From Mustelus asterias (taxonomy: Eukaryota), in contig NC_135825.1 in NCBI RefSeq assembly GCF_964213995.1, forward strand, positions 31,186,001-31,250,000: a stretch of 64,000 nt of DNA. Reading direction: 5' to 3'. Under the pieces are notes generated by a model. It was not told where the DNA came from, made no database searches, and worked only from the letters and a program-made list of their open reading frames with translations. Each line of letters begins with the position of its first letter. Position 1 is the stretch's first letter. Shown here in pieces: positions 38,171 to 51,908 of this stretch. Both the position numbers and the translations under genes were made by a program.

Positions 38171-38419
38171 TTCTCTCTTTACCATTTCCCAGAAGTTGTC
38201 TGGATTATGTTGCCAGCATGCTCATTCTTCACATCTGAGTCTCAATATAGCCAATCTGAAATAAAAACAGAAAATGCTGGAAAACCCCAGCAGGTCTGGT
38301 GGCATCTGTGGAGAGAGAAACAGAGTTAACGTTTTGAGTTTGTTCAAGAGAAAGTTAAAGAGGGAGGGAAACACATCACAGATTTTATACTGTATGAGAG
38401 GAGTGGAGAAAATCAGGTC

Positions 38420-38751
38420 AGGGCAGTACAGAGGTACAGTGGTTAGCACCACTGCCTCATAGCGCCAGGGACCCAAGCTCAATTCCGGCCTCAGGTCATT
38501 GTCTGTGTGAAGTTTGCATATTCTCCTTGTGTCTGCATGGGTTTCCTTCGGGTGCTCCAGTTTCTTTCCAGAGTCCAAAGATGTGTGGATTAGGTGGATT
38601 GGCCATGCCAAATGCCCCTTAGTGTCAGGGGGATTATCTGGGTAAATACAAGGGGTTACAGGGATGGGGCCTGGGCAGGTTTGTTGCTGGTGCAGACTTG
38701 ATGGGCCGAATGGCCTCCTTCTGCTCTGTAGGGTTTCTATGAATTCTATGA
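38420..38751 (+). mobile_element. HE1 SINE, full length, inside a PLE family-2 pLTR remnant
   Basis: Head, V-domain and ttctatga tail. Flanks resemble 4885-5160. Confidence 0.88.
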
Positions 38752-39750
38752 TGAGATATGAGAAGGGAAGATTGGGCAAAGAACAAAGGAAGTGTTAATG
38801 ATAGATTCAAGGACTGAAGAAGATAATTTAGGGACATAAAGGTAAGATGGCAGAATGTGTTAATGGAAAAACAAAGGCCAGTGCTGTGTGAAAGCAAAAT
38901 AAAATGGCAGAATGTGTTAATAGCAGGACAAAGGCCAGCGCTGTGGGAAAGCAAAATTTCAGAACAAGTGACAGATGGCCCGACAGTCAACGCTCCTTAG
39001 GGGTCTTCACAGCTGAATTTAATCTTATCCTCACTAATGTACGCACACATATTCTTCCAGCAAGAGTATGGGATTTTTCTCTTTCTAATGCGAAGTTGAT
39101 GAGATGAATCATAGCAGTCCAACCACTTTCTCAGCTGAAATCAGCTAATTCTACATTTCATGATCGGTATGCTTAAGTTCCTAATATCTTAAAAGTCTGA
39201 GCCTTTGGGAAATATGTATCTCTTACATTTCTCACTAAACAACTGACCACTGGTAACATTAACAAAATATTTTATGGATGCCAAGCCTGGACACAGCTGA
39301 AGGCAACCCCTGTACTCCACACTGATACATTTTTAAAAAGGAAAAATGTGCAAGTGGTTTACAATAGAATGGTACAAAAGTAAAACACTGCAGATGCTGG
39401 AAATCTGAAATGAAAACAGCAAATGCTGCAAATATTCAGCAGGTCAGGCAGCATTGAGGGGCAAAGAAAAACAGTTAACTTTTCAAGTTATTGATCTTTC
39501 AATGATCATGGACTTGGAATGATAACTTTTGTTCCTCCCTCCACATATACTGCCTTGCTTGTTGAATATTTCCAGCATTTCCTGCTTTCACACGATGCAT
39601 TGACGCTCTTTTCGACTTAGATCATTGAATCACTATTAGAATTGGACACAGCAACACAGAACCAGACAGAGAGAAACAAGAGTCATTTTAGACTGAGAAA
39701 AAGTTCTTAGCTAATGGTCTGTGTAATATGGTCGATTGCACAATTTTCAC

Positions 39751-39971
39751 TTAATTCAACTGGAAAGATCATATAAAGAATCATATAAAGAAAGAAAATA
39801 AAATCTTATTGGCCTCCTTATTTGAACATGGAAATTCATCTGTTTTGATACAAGCTTTAAGAAACCAATTAATTGACTGGAAATATCACATAAAGAGAAA
39901 AAGTCTTAGTGGCCTCCGTATTTGAACATGGAAATTCATCTGTTTTGATACAAGCTTTAAGAAACCAATTA
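39751..39971. repeat. Local tandem duplication, about 100-bp period
   Basis: ggcctcc(t/g)tatttgaacatggaaattcatctgttttgatacaagctttaagaaaccaatta at 39811 and 39911. Confidence 0.9.
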
Positions 39972-40077
39972 TCCATTACTGACAATGAATTTTTCTTTAA
40001 AATGCAAGTTTGCAAGCAATATTCACTGTGCATGTTGCAACATACCTGAAGCTGTGATAAGCTGTGTATTGAAATTG

Positions 40078-40249
40078 AGTAAGAAGTCTCACAATACCAG
40101 GTTAAAGTCCAACAGGTATATTTGGAATCACAAGCTTTCGGAGTGCTGCTCCTCCATCAGGTGAGTGGAGTCCACCCACCTGGTTTCACAACCTGGTGTT
40201 GTGAGACTTCTTACTGTGTCCACCCCAGTCCAATGCCGGCATCTCCACA
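40078..40249. mobile_element. PLE family-1 fold-back mini-element
   Basis: Inverted agtaagaagtctcacaa/ttgtgagacttcttact, a decayed hammerhead on - at 40128-40164, tail ccccagtccaatgccggcatctccaca. Confidence 0.82.
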
Positions 40250-42574
40250 GAAATGTCAGAAGAATTAAACTCAGAACAATAATGCTTTTATGTTACGTGG
40301 TTTGTCTTTTTTTTGTAGGTGACTCAATTAGTGGCACTTTTGCCTGTGAAGATTCTGGGTTCTCTCCAGGTCTTGAGCACACAAATCAAGACTGACTCTG
40401 CAGTGTAGCACTGAGAGAGATCTACCCGGTTGGAGATGCCATCTTTTGGAAGAGACGTTAAACTGAGACTTCATCTGTCTGCTCGAGTGGATGCAAAAGA
40501 CACCATGGCACTATTTTGATGAGGAGCAGGGGAGTTTAAAGTTACTACACTTCAAAAGTTCCTCATCAGTTGTAAAGTGCCTTGAGACAGCCAGTGGTTG
40601 TGAAAAGTGCTATACAAATGCAAGTCACATTTTGTTAGGTCCCATAACTGTCAGTATGCAACAATTAAGAGTGTAAATCTGTTTTGAATAAATTCATTAT
40701 ATTACCATCAGTGAAACAAAAAGAAAATGTATCCCATCTAGCATATGTGTGAACTAATCATAAACATTCAGGGCAAAAACACATTCTCACAAACCTGGAA
40801 AGTATTAGTCGATATCTGAGGATGTTGTTTTTAAAGATAGATTTGCTTTTTGGTTGATCCTGGGACACAACATACATCTCAAATTCTCAACGATGTTAAC
40901 GCTTAATGGCTGTTTTGTAGCAATGCTACTCAGTGACAGTATTGATGTGGTACATGAAACAGAAGGCGATTCCTTGAGAATTTAAAACACCCTAATCAGA
41001 TGTAAATTCAACATCATTGTATCCATTTTATTAGCCTAAAGCTGGCACAATGGTAACCATTTTGCAGCACAGTGACCCACACGCAGCCAAACCGCTTAAT
41101 TATGGCCTTGGTTGCGTATTTGAGGTGGGAGAATGGGGTTGAGAAACATAACAGCCATGATTGAATGGTGGAACAGACTTGATGGGCTGAATGGCCTAAT
41201 TCTGCTTCTATATCTTATCGTATTTCAAAATTGTAACATTGCTATGTACCTTTAACTTATTGTGATAGTGGTCGTTTGTCACTGTATTGTTTACTAGACA
41301 TTAGCGATTTTAATTGAAGGAACTGTAATAAATAAACTTATTCTTCCAAGATGTACCAGACAACTTGAGTAAATAAACTACTCAAAGCTGATGAGTTATT
41401 TACCTACTGCAGTTTGTGTGTTAAAAGACATAGAATAAGAGAATGCCCAGCCAGCTGTCCCAGGTATGCTTCTCTGACTTGTCCTTGATCCCAGAAGGAA
41501 TAATTTCTAAAGGAGATATGCTGGAGCCTGCATCCTTCAATAAGGCTGCTTGGGTTTACAATTTTGAAACACAGGAGAAATGTTTGACTACAATGCTACA
41601 GACCTCCATTAAAGAACCACACAAACTGATGCCTATGGCATATTAAAATGTTAGTAATCCTGTTATCAGAGCCAGAGCCTATTTGAACATAAATTAATGT
41701 AATTGGCCTTATTCTGTTCTGAAGCCTTTGTGGTTTATTTCTTTCTCAGATTGAATATTATCAGTACATTTTCCGAGACCTGCATTCTTAAGGTGGTTAC
41801 AGTTTGCATTCATGCTTAAAGATTAAAACGTTGCGGAAGTTCTTTTTTTAAGTGAATTTTAAAAAATGTTTGTTGATTTAATCATTGAGAATCAGGTTCA
41901 CCAGTTTGTTGATCCCTCCACTGAGTATAAATATTGCTGCAAAGCCATGAGGGGAAGTCTCTTAAAGCAACAATCTCCTTTGGAATGAACTACAAAAGGA
42001 TTGCTAAGTGGTTTTGGAAGTTGAGCAGAATGACACAATTTGGAAACTGACTATTTCTTTTCCTCAGCAGAAGCCATTAGAGGATCCAAGTTAATTTGGA
42101 AAGTTGTAAGTGTACCTACTCGAATATTTTATAAATGAGCCAGCATTTATTTAGATCATCCGAGTTTAGCTTAGTTGGTAGTATTCTTATACCTGTACTA
42201 GATGAAAGAGTTTGAGCTCACCAACTAGTACTGAGCTCAATAACTAGTACTGAGCAAGTGCCGTATGTTCCAGGCACCATTCTTTGAATCGTAGTTAGTG
42301 TGCAACTTTCCAACTTCATGCTTCTGCCAAAAAGCATTATCTGCTAGTAGCACATATCAAAAGTTTGGAGCCATGTGGCATATGATTTGGTGAACAAATA
42401 ACTTAGTGGTTGGAAACTCGTGCACAGCGCATGTTCAAATTTCCAGTACCCACTGTCCACTGTAAGGCTCCCTACAGGAAGCAAGAAAATACTCACATTT
42501 AAACCAAGATCATGGCCGCCTTTGCTTGTGGTTTCAGGTTTTGAAGAAGGTTAGGTTTATTTTAGATTCCAAAT

Positions 42575-42855
42575 TTCAATTCAATTCAATTCAAATTTAT
42601 TGTCATTGTTTAATGCACAAATACTAGTACAACAAAAAGGCTCTCAAGATACAAAAAAAAGCAAATGCAGTAGTCATCATAAAATGGTGCCAATAGTCAC
42701 TAAGTGTATACATGCATATTGCACAATGCCCATCACCTGGGAATATGCTAAAGGACGGTGTTCAGATGGGTAACAGCTTTGGGGAAGAAGCTGTACCTGA
42801 GCCTGGTCGTACGGGCTCGAATGCATCTGTAGCACTTCCCAGCTAGCAGGAGGGC
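42575..42855 (-). mobile_element. Rex1-like 3' remnant
   Basis: (ttcaa)n tail, tttattgtca, and acagctttggggaagaagctgt...ctgagcctgg. Confidence 0.5.
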
Positions 42856-43254
42856 AAAACCCACCTACCATGGTGGGATTTGAACCTAGGTTTGTGGTTT
42901 ACCAGTTCAGTGACCAAGATAGCACTTGGCCACAGGGGAAAGCCTTAATTGACGATTAATCTCATTAATCCTGGTGGGACTACTGCGGCATTTCTGCCTT
43001 GTTTGGACTTCAAAAGATACTCTGTTACATGCAGTGTATTAGGATAATGTGTTATTTAAATTTTATTATGAAACTATCTTAATAGTTTAGAAACCATGGC
43101 AGATTTTGTTTTGCTCCATAGAAGGATAGTTTCGAAGGTACAAAATAATTGTGAAATAAAATGTTTTAAATGTTGTGGTTTGAAGTATATTTAGGTTGTT
43201 GGTATGCAATTTGTGTACACTAGCTCAAAGAATCATTGCACCTATAACAACACC

Positions 43255-45960
43255 AATTTGCATTTATACCCACCTTTAGTGAAATAGAACATCACAAGGT
43301 GCTTTGCAGAGGCAATATAAAACCAAGTCTGACACCAGCTCACATAAGGAGATTTTAGAGCAGATAAGAAAAGCTTGGTGAGAGGAGTAGGTTTGACTGT
43401 TTAGATACAATAGGGGGGACAAAACAGGTGATGTTGAGATAAAACTGGGTGTCATTAGTGTACTTGTGGAAACCAATGTTGTGTCATAGAAGACGGCCAA
43501 GGATAGATGCTCAAGGGACACCAGAGGAAGCTGTGCAGGAGTAGAAAGAGAGGCTATTGGTGATTCCCTGGCTATAATTAGAGATATAAGAATGGAGCCA
43601 GGTGACAGCAGTCTCATCCAACTGGATGACGGTGGGGGCTGTTAGTCAACTAAGTCAAAAGTTGCTGACAGGTCGAAGAGGACAGGTGGGTCAGTTTGCT
43701 GTTCCATAGCATAGGATGTCACTGTGACATTGATAAAGTTGGGCATAAATGTGGGAGACAACAACACATTGTGATGTCTCGAGGGGCTGGGGATTATAAT
43801 AGGTAGGGTGGAGTTCACTCAGTTCAATAATTCACACTGTGGTCCAAATACAAAAAAAAGAATGTTTATTTAAAGGTCTTCAGATATTCAGCAAAAGCAG
43901 AAAAGAAAGGAAATAAACACCTAGGTCTTCTTTGAGCCTAATTTTACACACAATATATCCTTACTTAAGCGTGGACAGCTAATCCATTTTGCAGGGAAAA
44001 CGCAACACAGTATATAACAGCAACAGTCCTTCAGGAAGGCAAGGCAGAGGCAAGGTCAAAACACAAACAAAGAAGGTCAGATTACCAAAGTGGGTTCTCC
44101 TATCGACTCAAGTTTAATCCACATCAAGGTTTCCATACAGTCCAAACGCACAGCGAAGCTTTCATTCTCCAAGGCCTGATAGGGATTTGCCATCAGTCTG
44201 CCATGTGACTTCTGGGTTGACTGTCGTGGCCATCTTGGTCAGGAGAAACTCTGTCAAGAACCTGGAGAATATTATGGGAAAAGTACCACCCTTCCAGCTT
44301 CACAGCCCCTGGTGACATCGCAACATTTGAAAAGGAAAGGGAGGTTAGAAATGACGCAGTAAGACTGGTGGAATCAAGGGTTGGTTTTTGAGGAGGGGGA
44401 TTGTAATATCATAGAAGGATAGAGTGAAATAGAACCTGAGGAGGGGAAACAATGGGTGGAATTCTCCCAAAAAATGAGTGTCATAATGGTGAGAAAACCA
44501 GAGCGATCTGCACCAGTCTCTCAGGCACTCTCTGCACAGCAATTGTCCCACACTCAATCCCTTTTTTGGAGAGCAGTAAGGTGTACATCATTACTGGAAG
44601 GCGGGCACTATGCATGCCAGTGATCCTAGCTTCAGAGCGCTCAAGGGTGCCTGATCTCACTGGGAGAAATCCATTCCCCTCATCATGACCCCCGACATGC
44701 TCCACTCCAGCATGACACCCCCCTACATAGTTCCACTGCCATAACCCACACTCAGGCTCCACCCCCCTGGCACAGCCCCAGCACACTGATAGGGTGCCCA
44801 ATGTACATGGCTGTGGTGCCTGGTGGGCACTGTCAGTGTGCCAGGTGGGCATTGCCAGGCAGACATTGCCAATGGACATTGTCCACCCATGCCCCTGGCC
44901 AGCTGGAGGCTTCCATGACCTCCGAGCCCTCCTGTGTGGCCATTGTGCCAGATCTCTGCTGGCGGAGACCAGTAGTGATTTGCCCCAGAGTGACGCCCTG
45001 CCGGAGATGTTGGAGCATTCCGGGAGTCATAGAAATCATAGAATCATAGAAACCCTACAGTACAGAAAGAGGCCATTCGGCCCATCGAGTCTGCACCGAC
45101 CACAATCCCACCCAGGCCCTACCCCCATATTCCTACATATTTACCCACTAATCCCTCAAACCTATGCATCTCAGGACACTAAGGGCAATTTTTAGCATGG
45201 CCAATCGACCTAACCTGCACATCTTTGGACTGTGGATGATTGCGTGCTGGACTCGCTAATGAGATTAAAATCCAGCCAATCTCATGCAAATTGGCCAAGC
45301 GTCCTTTCTGGCCACCGGTTTGTCCATGAGAAAGAGGCTGGGACAGGTGCAAAACCGATTTTTAGGCCCACACATTTTCTCTGGGATCGGCACGATCTGC
45401 CCCAGGTGCAGCAAGATCGGAGAATCGCCTCCAATTTTCCACCCTGGAACTGATGGTAGTCAGTAAGGAAAGTTGAGTGGTCAGTAGTTTGTAGGAATCG
45501 GGTCAAGGGAACGGAAGGTGGATCTCAGTGAGAAAATGAGCTTTCAGATGGCATGAGTTGAAACAGGAGAGAAGCTGGGGAAAGTTACAAATTCAGGGCA
45601 AGTGCAACAGGAACGTCTGAGAGGAAGTTGGGACCAGGTGGCTAGGGGGATGGAGGGAAGTTGGGACCAGGTGACTAGGGGGATAGAGGGAAGTTGCAGA
45701 GGCAGCTGATCAGAGGGTCTCAATCTTGATGAGAAAGAAATTCATGAGCTTGTTCCACTTTTTATTAGAGGTGAGACAAGGGTGTGGGGCTTTAGGAAGC
45801 AATGGAGAAAAGAGGCTTGGGGGTTATCTTTGCATTCTAGGATGATCCTGGAATTGTAAGCAATTTTTACACATGAAAGCATGCAGGGCCCAATAGTACT
45901 TTGTTGTCCAACCAGATCTGGCAGTGAATGGCTAAACCAGTTGTCTGTCATATCCATTCA
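43255..45960 (-). mobile_element. Old L2 LINE with nested LTR, MITE (about 44453-45432) and HE1 (45027-45234)
   Basis: L2 3' end ttgcatttatacccacctttag...aggtgcttt; decayed purine-rich body. Confidence 0.55.
43770..44322 (-). mobile_element. Solo LTR, 553 bp
   Basis: Termini tgtgatgtc...gacatcgca (imperfect inverted repeat, TG..CA), 4-bp TSD acat on both sides, aataaa on the - strand. Confidence 0.8.
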
Positions 45961-46399
45961 AGTGTGTGTTCCTTGGATATGAGGGAGCAGAGGTGAAGAC
46001 CAAATCAGGGGGAGCGATCCAGGTGAAGAAATAAATTGTTCTAATGGGAACTAGAGCATTGATGATGGAGACAAGGGTCTGGTGGAGCACATCAGTAGCT
46101 GCAGAAATGTCAAAGACAATTTACAAGTAACATGAAGTTGACTGGAAACAAGCTCATTCAAGAGAAAACAATGAGCAGGATTTTACGGCCTTTACCCAAG
46201 GTCAACGGAGATTTCTGTTGTTGGACCCTTGCCCGCACTGATCTTATGGCGAGTGAGATGGTAGAGTTCCGGCGAATATGTTTGTGAAAGCCCATGTCAA
46301 TTTTTTTTGTAACCAGAAATCATCCATTTACCAAATACTAAATCTTTCTGGGGCATTTTTGGTGGTACAATAGATTTAATCATTGGCATTAACCAGCTT

Positions 46400-46650
46400 C
46401 CTTGTGACACAGTAGGCTGGACCTGGTAAGGACGGCAGATTTCCTTCCCTCAAGGACATTAGTGAACCAGTTGGGTTTTTCTGACAATTGACAATAGTTT
46501 CATGGTCATCAACAGATTCTTAATTCCAGATATTTTCATTAAATTCAAATTCCACCATCTACCATGGCAGGATTCGAACCCAGGTCCCCAGAACATTAGC
46601 TGAGTTTCTGGATTAATAGCCTAGCAATAATACCATTAGGCCATCACCAC
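46400..46650 (-). mobile_element. tRNA-derived SINE (same family as 48997-49340)
   Basis: ggattcgaacccaggtccccagaacattagc, the reverse B box, plus a shared body. Confidence 0.75.
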
Positions 46651-48284
46651 CTCCCACCCACCCACCCACCCCCCTCCCCCCCGACTAACTATCCCAGGAA
46701 CAATGTCCGTGCGATAGTTAACCAAAATCTTTTATTTTCACAGAATCACAGAATTGGTATTGCACAGAAGGAGGCCATTCAGCCCATCATGTCTACTGGC
46801 TCTCCAATTGAGCATTATGACTCAGTACCATTCCCCTGCCTTTTCCCTGTACCCTTGCATATTGTTTCTATTCAAATAATCATCTAATGTCCTCTTGAAT
46901 GCCTCGGTTGAACCTACCTCCACGGCCTCCAAGTGTTCTGATGGTGCACTTTAATCCAGGTAAATCCTACCTATCTGACTTTGATGGATGTAATCTACTT
47001 TATATGGTAGATGCTAATACTTTGGGTAGGATTCTACAAGTTTTGCAATCTTGGTGAGCTTTTAATTGACATGTATCTTATTTATGTCCAAATCAATAAT
47101 TAAATATTACATCTGAGTGTAGCATTTCATTCTTGTGTGCTGTTGAATCCTATTGATTTTTCACCTTCCCGATCAAGCACAGGCCTTAAATCTCTATAGA
47201 TTTCATAGTACTTCATTTACCTCTCCATTGAATGGGAAACTTCCTTTCTGATAGTTTAGATTTAAATCATTCAATTCTGACTCTGAAAATCAATTTGAAA
47301 AGATTACAATTGCTGTCGTAATGTTGGGAAATGCAGCAGAAAATTTCCACACAAGGGCCCAGAAATTAAAAAAACACAGTGATGACATAATCTATTTTCA
47401 ATTGTATTTGTTGGGTGATAAATATTGCCAAAGGCAGACAGAACTTCAGTTTAACATCACATCCAAATAATAGGAGGCAAGATTTTAACTCATTCAAAAT
47501 GAATCCAATTGCACAGATTCAGTGGGGGGTATTTTCCCATCCCACCCACCGCAGGAATTGTAGCGAGCAGGGAGGGGGTCCATGCAAAGGTCTGTTGACT
47601 TTGAATTGGATTTTCCAGTTTTGGGGTGAGCATGATCAGAAAATCCCATCCCTTGAATCTCTGACAGTGCAGCACCCCATTAGTACTTCAACCTGGATTA
47701 TATGCTCAAGTGCTCGAGTGGGGCTCAGGCAGTGAGAGTGCTGCCATTAAACCAAAATATATCATGGCATTTTGAAAGTAGAAAAATCATGTGAGAAGGG
47801 TGGAATTCTTTACACCTCCCAACTGGATGAACTCTGAATTGATGTCAGAATGTATTTTCTTTGAAGAAAAATGAACAAAGCCTGAGTTAATCCCAATATA
47901 TATCCAACTCTGGTAACATGCATGATGCAAGCTCATGCCAGGTGAATGCATGATATTTATGTGCTAATGAGTTATTATTTAAAATTGGGTACTTATAATT
48001 ATTTTAAAATTAGATCCTATTAATCAAGCTGACTTATTATTTTAAAGTTGTAAAGTTCTAATAATTCACGTGGCCACCACCCTGTAGATATATATATAGT
48101 CCACACATCAATCTAACTTAAAATAGAAATTCAATCTAAAAACTTTTGACAGACGTACATCACTGCAAGTTAGATGTTACTAGATCAAGGTGATGAACTA
48201 CCTGCATCTAATTTATTTGTGAAACAAACTGCAAATTTTCAATTTAATCTACAAAAATTAGTAATAAATCAGATCGTGGTTCCA

Positions 48285-49620
48285 TAGTTTCATAGAATGT
48301 TTACAGCACAGGAAGAAGCCATTCAGATTGTCACGAGTCTGCCAATTCTTTGTAACAGGAACTCGGCTATTCCTATTCTCCCACATTGCAAATTGTTTTC
48401 TCTTCAGGTGTTATTTCCAATTCCCTGTTGAAATCCATGGTTGAATCTGCCTCCACCACACCCTTAGGCAACGCATTCCAGATTCTAACCACTTGCTGCG
48501 TAAAAATGTTTTTCCTCATTTTGCCGTTGTTTCTTTTGCAAAATACTTTAAATCAATGTACTCTGTTTCTTAGCACTTCCACAATTGAGAACAGTTTCTC
48601 TCTACCCCACTACTCCATCCAGATGCTTCATTACTTTGAACACATATTAAATTTCCACCCAACCTTCTCTTGTCTAAGGACAACAATACCAGCTTCTCCA
48701 ACTTATACATGTAACTGAAGTTCCTCATCCGTGAAACCATTCTAGTAAATCTTTTGTACACCTCCTCTAGTGCTTTCACATCCTTGCTAAAGTGTGGTGC
48801 CCAGAATTGGAGCCTTTAATTTATTTTGCTCAACCTCACTATTCCTACCAAAATGTATCACTTCATACTCCTCTGCATTAAATTTCACACGACTGCCCAT
48901 TCTACCAGCCTGTGTTCTTCTGAAATCCCCACAATTCACAATGTTTGCCAAGTTTCGTGATGTTTGCAAATTTTGACATTGTACCCTGTACATCCAAGGG
49001 AGGTAGTGGTGCAGTGGTATTGTTGCTGGACCAGTATCCAGTGACCCAGGGTAATACTCTGGGGACCCAAGTTCGAATCCCACCAGGGCAGATGGTGAAA
49101 TTTGATTTTAATAAAATTTGGAATTAAAACTCTAATGATGACAACAAAACCATTTAGATTGTCATAAAAACCTCTCTGGTCACTAATGTCCTTTAGGGAA
49201 GGAATTCTGCCATTCTTATCTGGTCTGACCTACATGTGACTCCAGATTCACAGCAATATGGTTGACTCTTAACTACACGGATGGACAATAAATGCTGGCC
49301 CAGCCAGTGACGCCCACATTCCATGAACGAATAAAAAAAAATTGATGAGTCTACATCAGGAAATGCAGTGGTTGACTTCTCGGTGCTGACTTCTCGGGAA
49401 GCCCGCTTTATACCTTTCTCCAGTCTGAAAATTAAACATTCACTATTACGTACTTTTCCTGTCGCTCAGCCAACTTTGTAACCAGGCTGCCATTTTTCCT
49501 TTTGTTGCATGGGCTTCAACTTTTCTGGAAAGGTGGCACTTCAGTTAGTTTTAGTTAAAGTCTGCATAACTTGATATACCACACAGAATAGCAGGAGGTA
49601 AATTCAAAATTGTATATTCT
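48285..49620 (-). mobile_element. Old CR1 fragment interrupted by a tRNA-SINE (48997-49340, +)
   Basis: KALEEVYKRFTRMVS, EVIHFGRN, KGKMAAWLQSWLSDR. The SINE has A/B boxes and a poly(A) end. Confidence 0.8.
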
Positions 49621-51908
49621 TCCAAGTAGAATAACTGACTTAAACATGTTGCCTATGTGAAATCAATATAACAGACTTCATCACAGTGAGAGAAACATCA
49701 GGGGGTAAATCAACAAGCACATAATTTAACTGCCAGTTTTGGATGTGCATCACCAAAATTTAGGAATTTATGGGCATGATGCGTGTGAGGGGGAACCTAA
49801 GAAAGGAAAGAAGGAATCACGCACAAGCAACTGTAATTAATTGTACCCTTTGCAATATAACATAGTGGGCAGCATAGTTTTAAATCATGAATTCCCAACA
49901 CAGGAAGTTCTTATCTTACCTGCCATGCCAAATGTGAGTGGAAAGATGGAAATGAGCCATTTTGCCACTGGGAGGGATTTAGAAACAGAGGGAGAGTCAA
50001 TGTGGACTATTGTGTTAGGATTAACCTTACCCCTATTACACTCTGAGTGGACAGATCAAGAATACTATTGGCAGAGATTGATAATTGATTTACTTGACTA
50101 CTTATTTTTGTCTCGGTTTATCTTGAAGATGAATGTAATGGGGAGTGGAAAGTACTATGCATTGTCAATTGTAGGGGAAAAAAAGCAAACATGACCTATC
50201 AAAGTAGAGATGTACTGACCTATTCATAAATTAAATGAAGTCCGTTTCGTCTGTTTGTGACCTGTCATTTTTTTTATTTCCAAACATCACAAATATTAAA
50301 ATGCTAACAATTTATAGAATTAACTTATTTATTTTAAAATAAAAGTAAAACAAAAGAAATATTTCACTGAACGTCTGGCAGTAAATTGTAGCTTTCATTT
50401 TCTCAATCTAAATAATATAGAAAGCATATGATCTCCACTTAGTTGCACATAAAGATCGATAAAGATTCCAGCATGACAACCACTTCACTTCTAATTGTTT
50501 ACATATGCTCAGCTGTCTGCTGTGGTTTGCAAGCCTTTTTCATAGTTACTTGTTTACATAACCATTTAGTGCTGTGAACCAGCTTCCTGTTCTATCAATG
50601 TGCCTGTAACAGTGTCCTATACGTTATTGCAAGTTTCAAAAAAAAAATTCATAGTATTATTTGAAAAATGAAGAAATTTGAGGTCATAGTTTTACCACAG
50701 GACGTTATAGATTATTTTTAAAGAACGAATATCTTTAATTATTTCAAATGTCCAAATTCTTATGTTTTCAATTTAGCATGGAGTCTTTACCAAGTACAGG
50801 CATGACTCATTTATTTGACCGCATTTCCTGTATAAACAAGGGTTTAGGATTAGGAAGTCAAGTTTAAACAGAAAATGACAAAACAGTTTGCATGTATTAT
50901 ATAATCCAGAGTTGCTGTGCTATTTGAAAAAAAGAAATGAATTAAGTCACTTTTTAAAAAAACCATAGCAATATTTCACACAAATCATTTTTACAACTGA
51001 ATCTGGCTAACTGGAACACTGCCAAAGTGTGTACATTACCAGAGGGAATTGCTTTTTAATTCTTTCTTTGTAACTTGAACATTCCTGTTGGAAAAGGTTG
51101 CATTAATACCAAAAGAAAATACCATGGACAGCAGCATTCCTGCAACAGTGAATTTTTCTGAAACCTTTAACCAGTTAAAGCTGTGCAGGCTTTTTTTAAC
51201 CGGAGGTTATTTTAACACGAGGACCCGAGCAGCAAGAAAATACATTAAAATTAAAAATATGAACAATAAAATGTCATCTTTTTCTACACAGGAAAACATT
51301 CTGTTTATACATGCATAACTGATCTATTTTTTTCTCTAGACTCTGGAATGCTATGTGTCCCACAAAAGTAGACCATACAAAGGAATTAAAAACACATTTC
51401 TAATTGTCATTAGTGAATCACTCGTGAAATTGTTGTCCTTGTAATGCTGCGCTACTAGTAGCGTCATGAAAATGGTATTTTGCTGTTTGCCTCACCATGA
51501 AAATGCACTGAGTGCCGTGATGTTGTATTTGTGCAGTAGGTATGGACTAAACTAACTACGGTCATTTGTATGACAAGTTTAAGTGTCCTTTTAACAATGT
51601 GACGTTGATTAATGACTGCCATTCAACCACACTGACACTGAACATTAACTACTGAAAACATGGAGTTGCACTCCTTCATTTTAATAAAGTTAAATTTAAC
51701 TTTCTTTTCCTTTTCTATTCTGTTTTTTTCTCTCTCTATTAATCCAAACTTTCTTTCCCTCTCTTTATTTATCTTTCTGCAACTGATCTGACATTGAGTA
51801 TGCCCACTTGCGACACTTGCTACTACATTGTTTGTCTGCTGATTTCACAATCATTCAGTTGACTAAGGAGATTCATTGCTGCTTTTGCAGTTCACTCAGG
51901 CCCCAGTT

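Noticed and set aside
45621-45697. 33-34 bp tandem repeat
   Set aside because: It is an ordinary local slippage duplication within a decayed L2.
49340-49620. Possible exon of a minus-strand host gene
   Set aside because: It translates as CR1 RT sequence (KGKMAAWLQSWLSDR...FSDWRKV), continuing the CR1 at 48285-48990.
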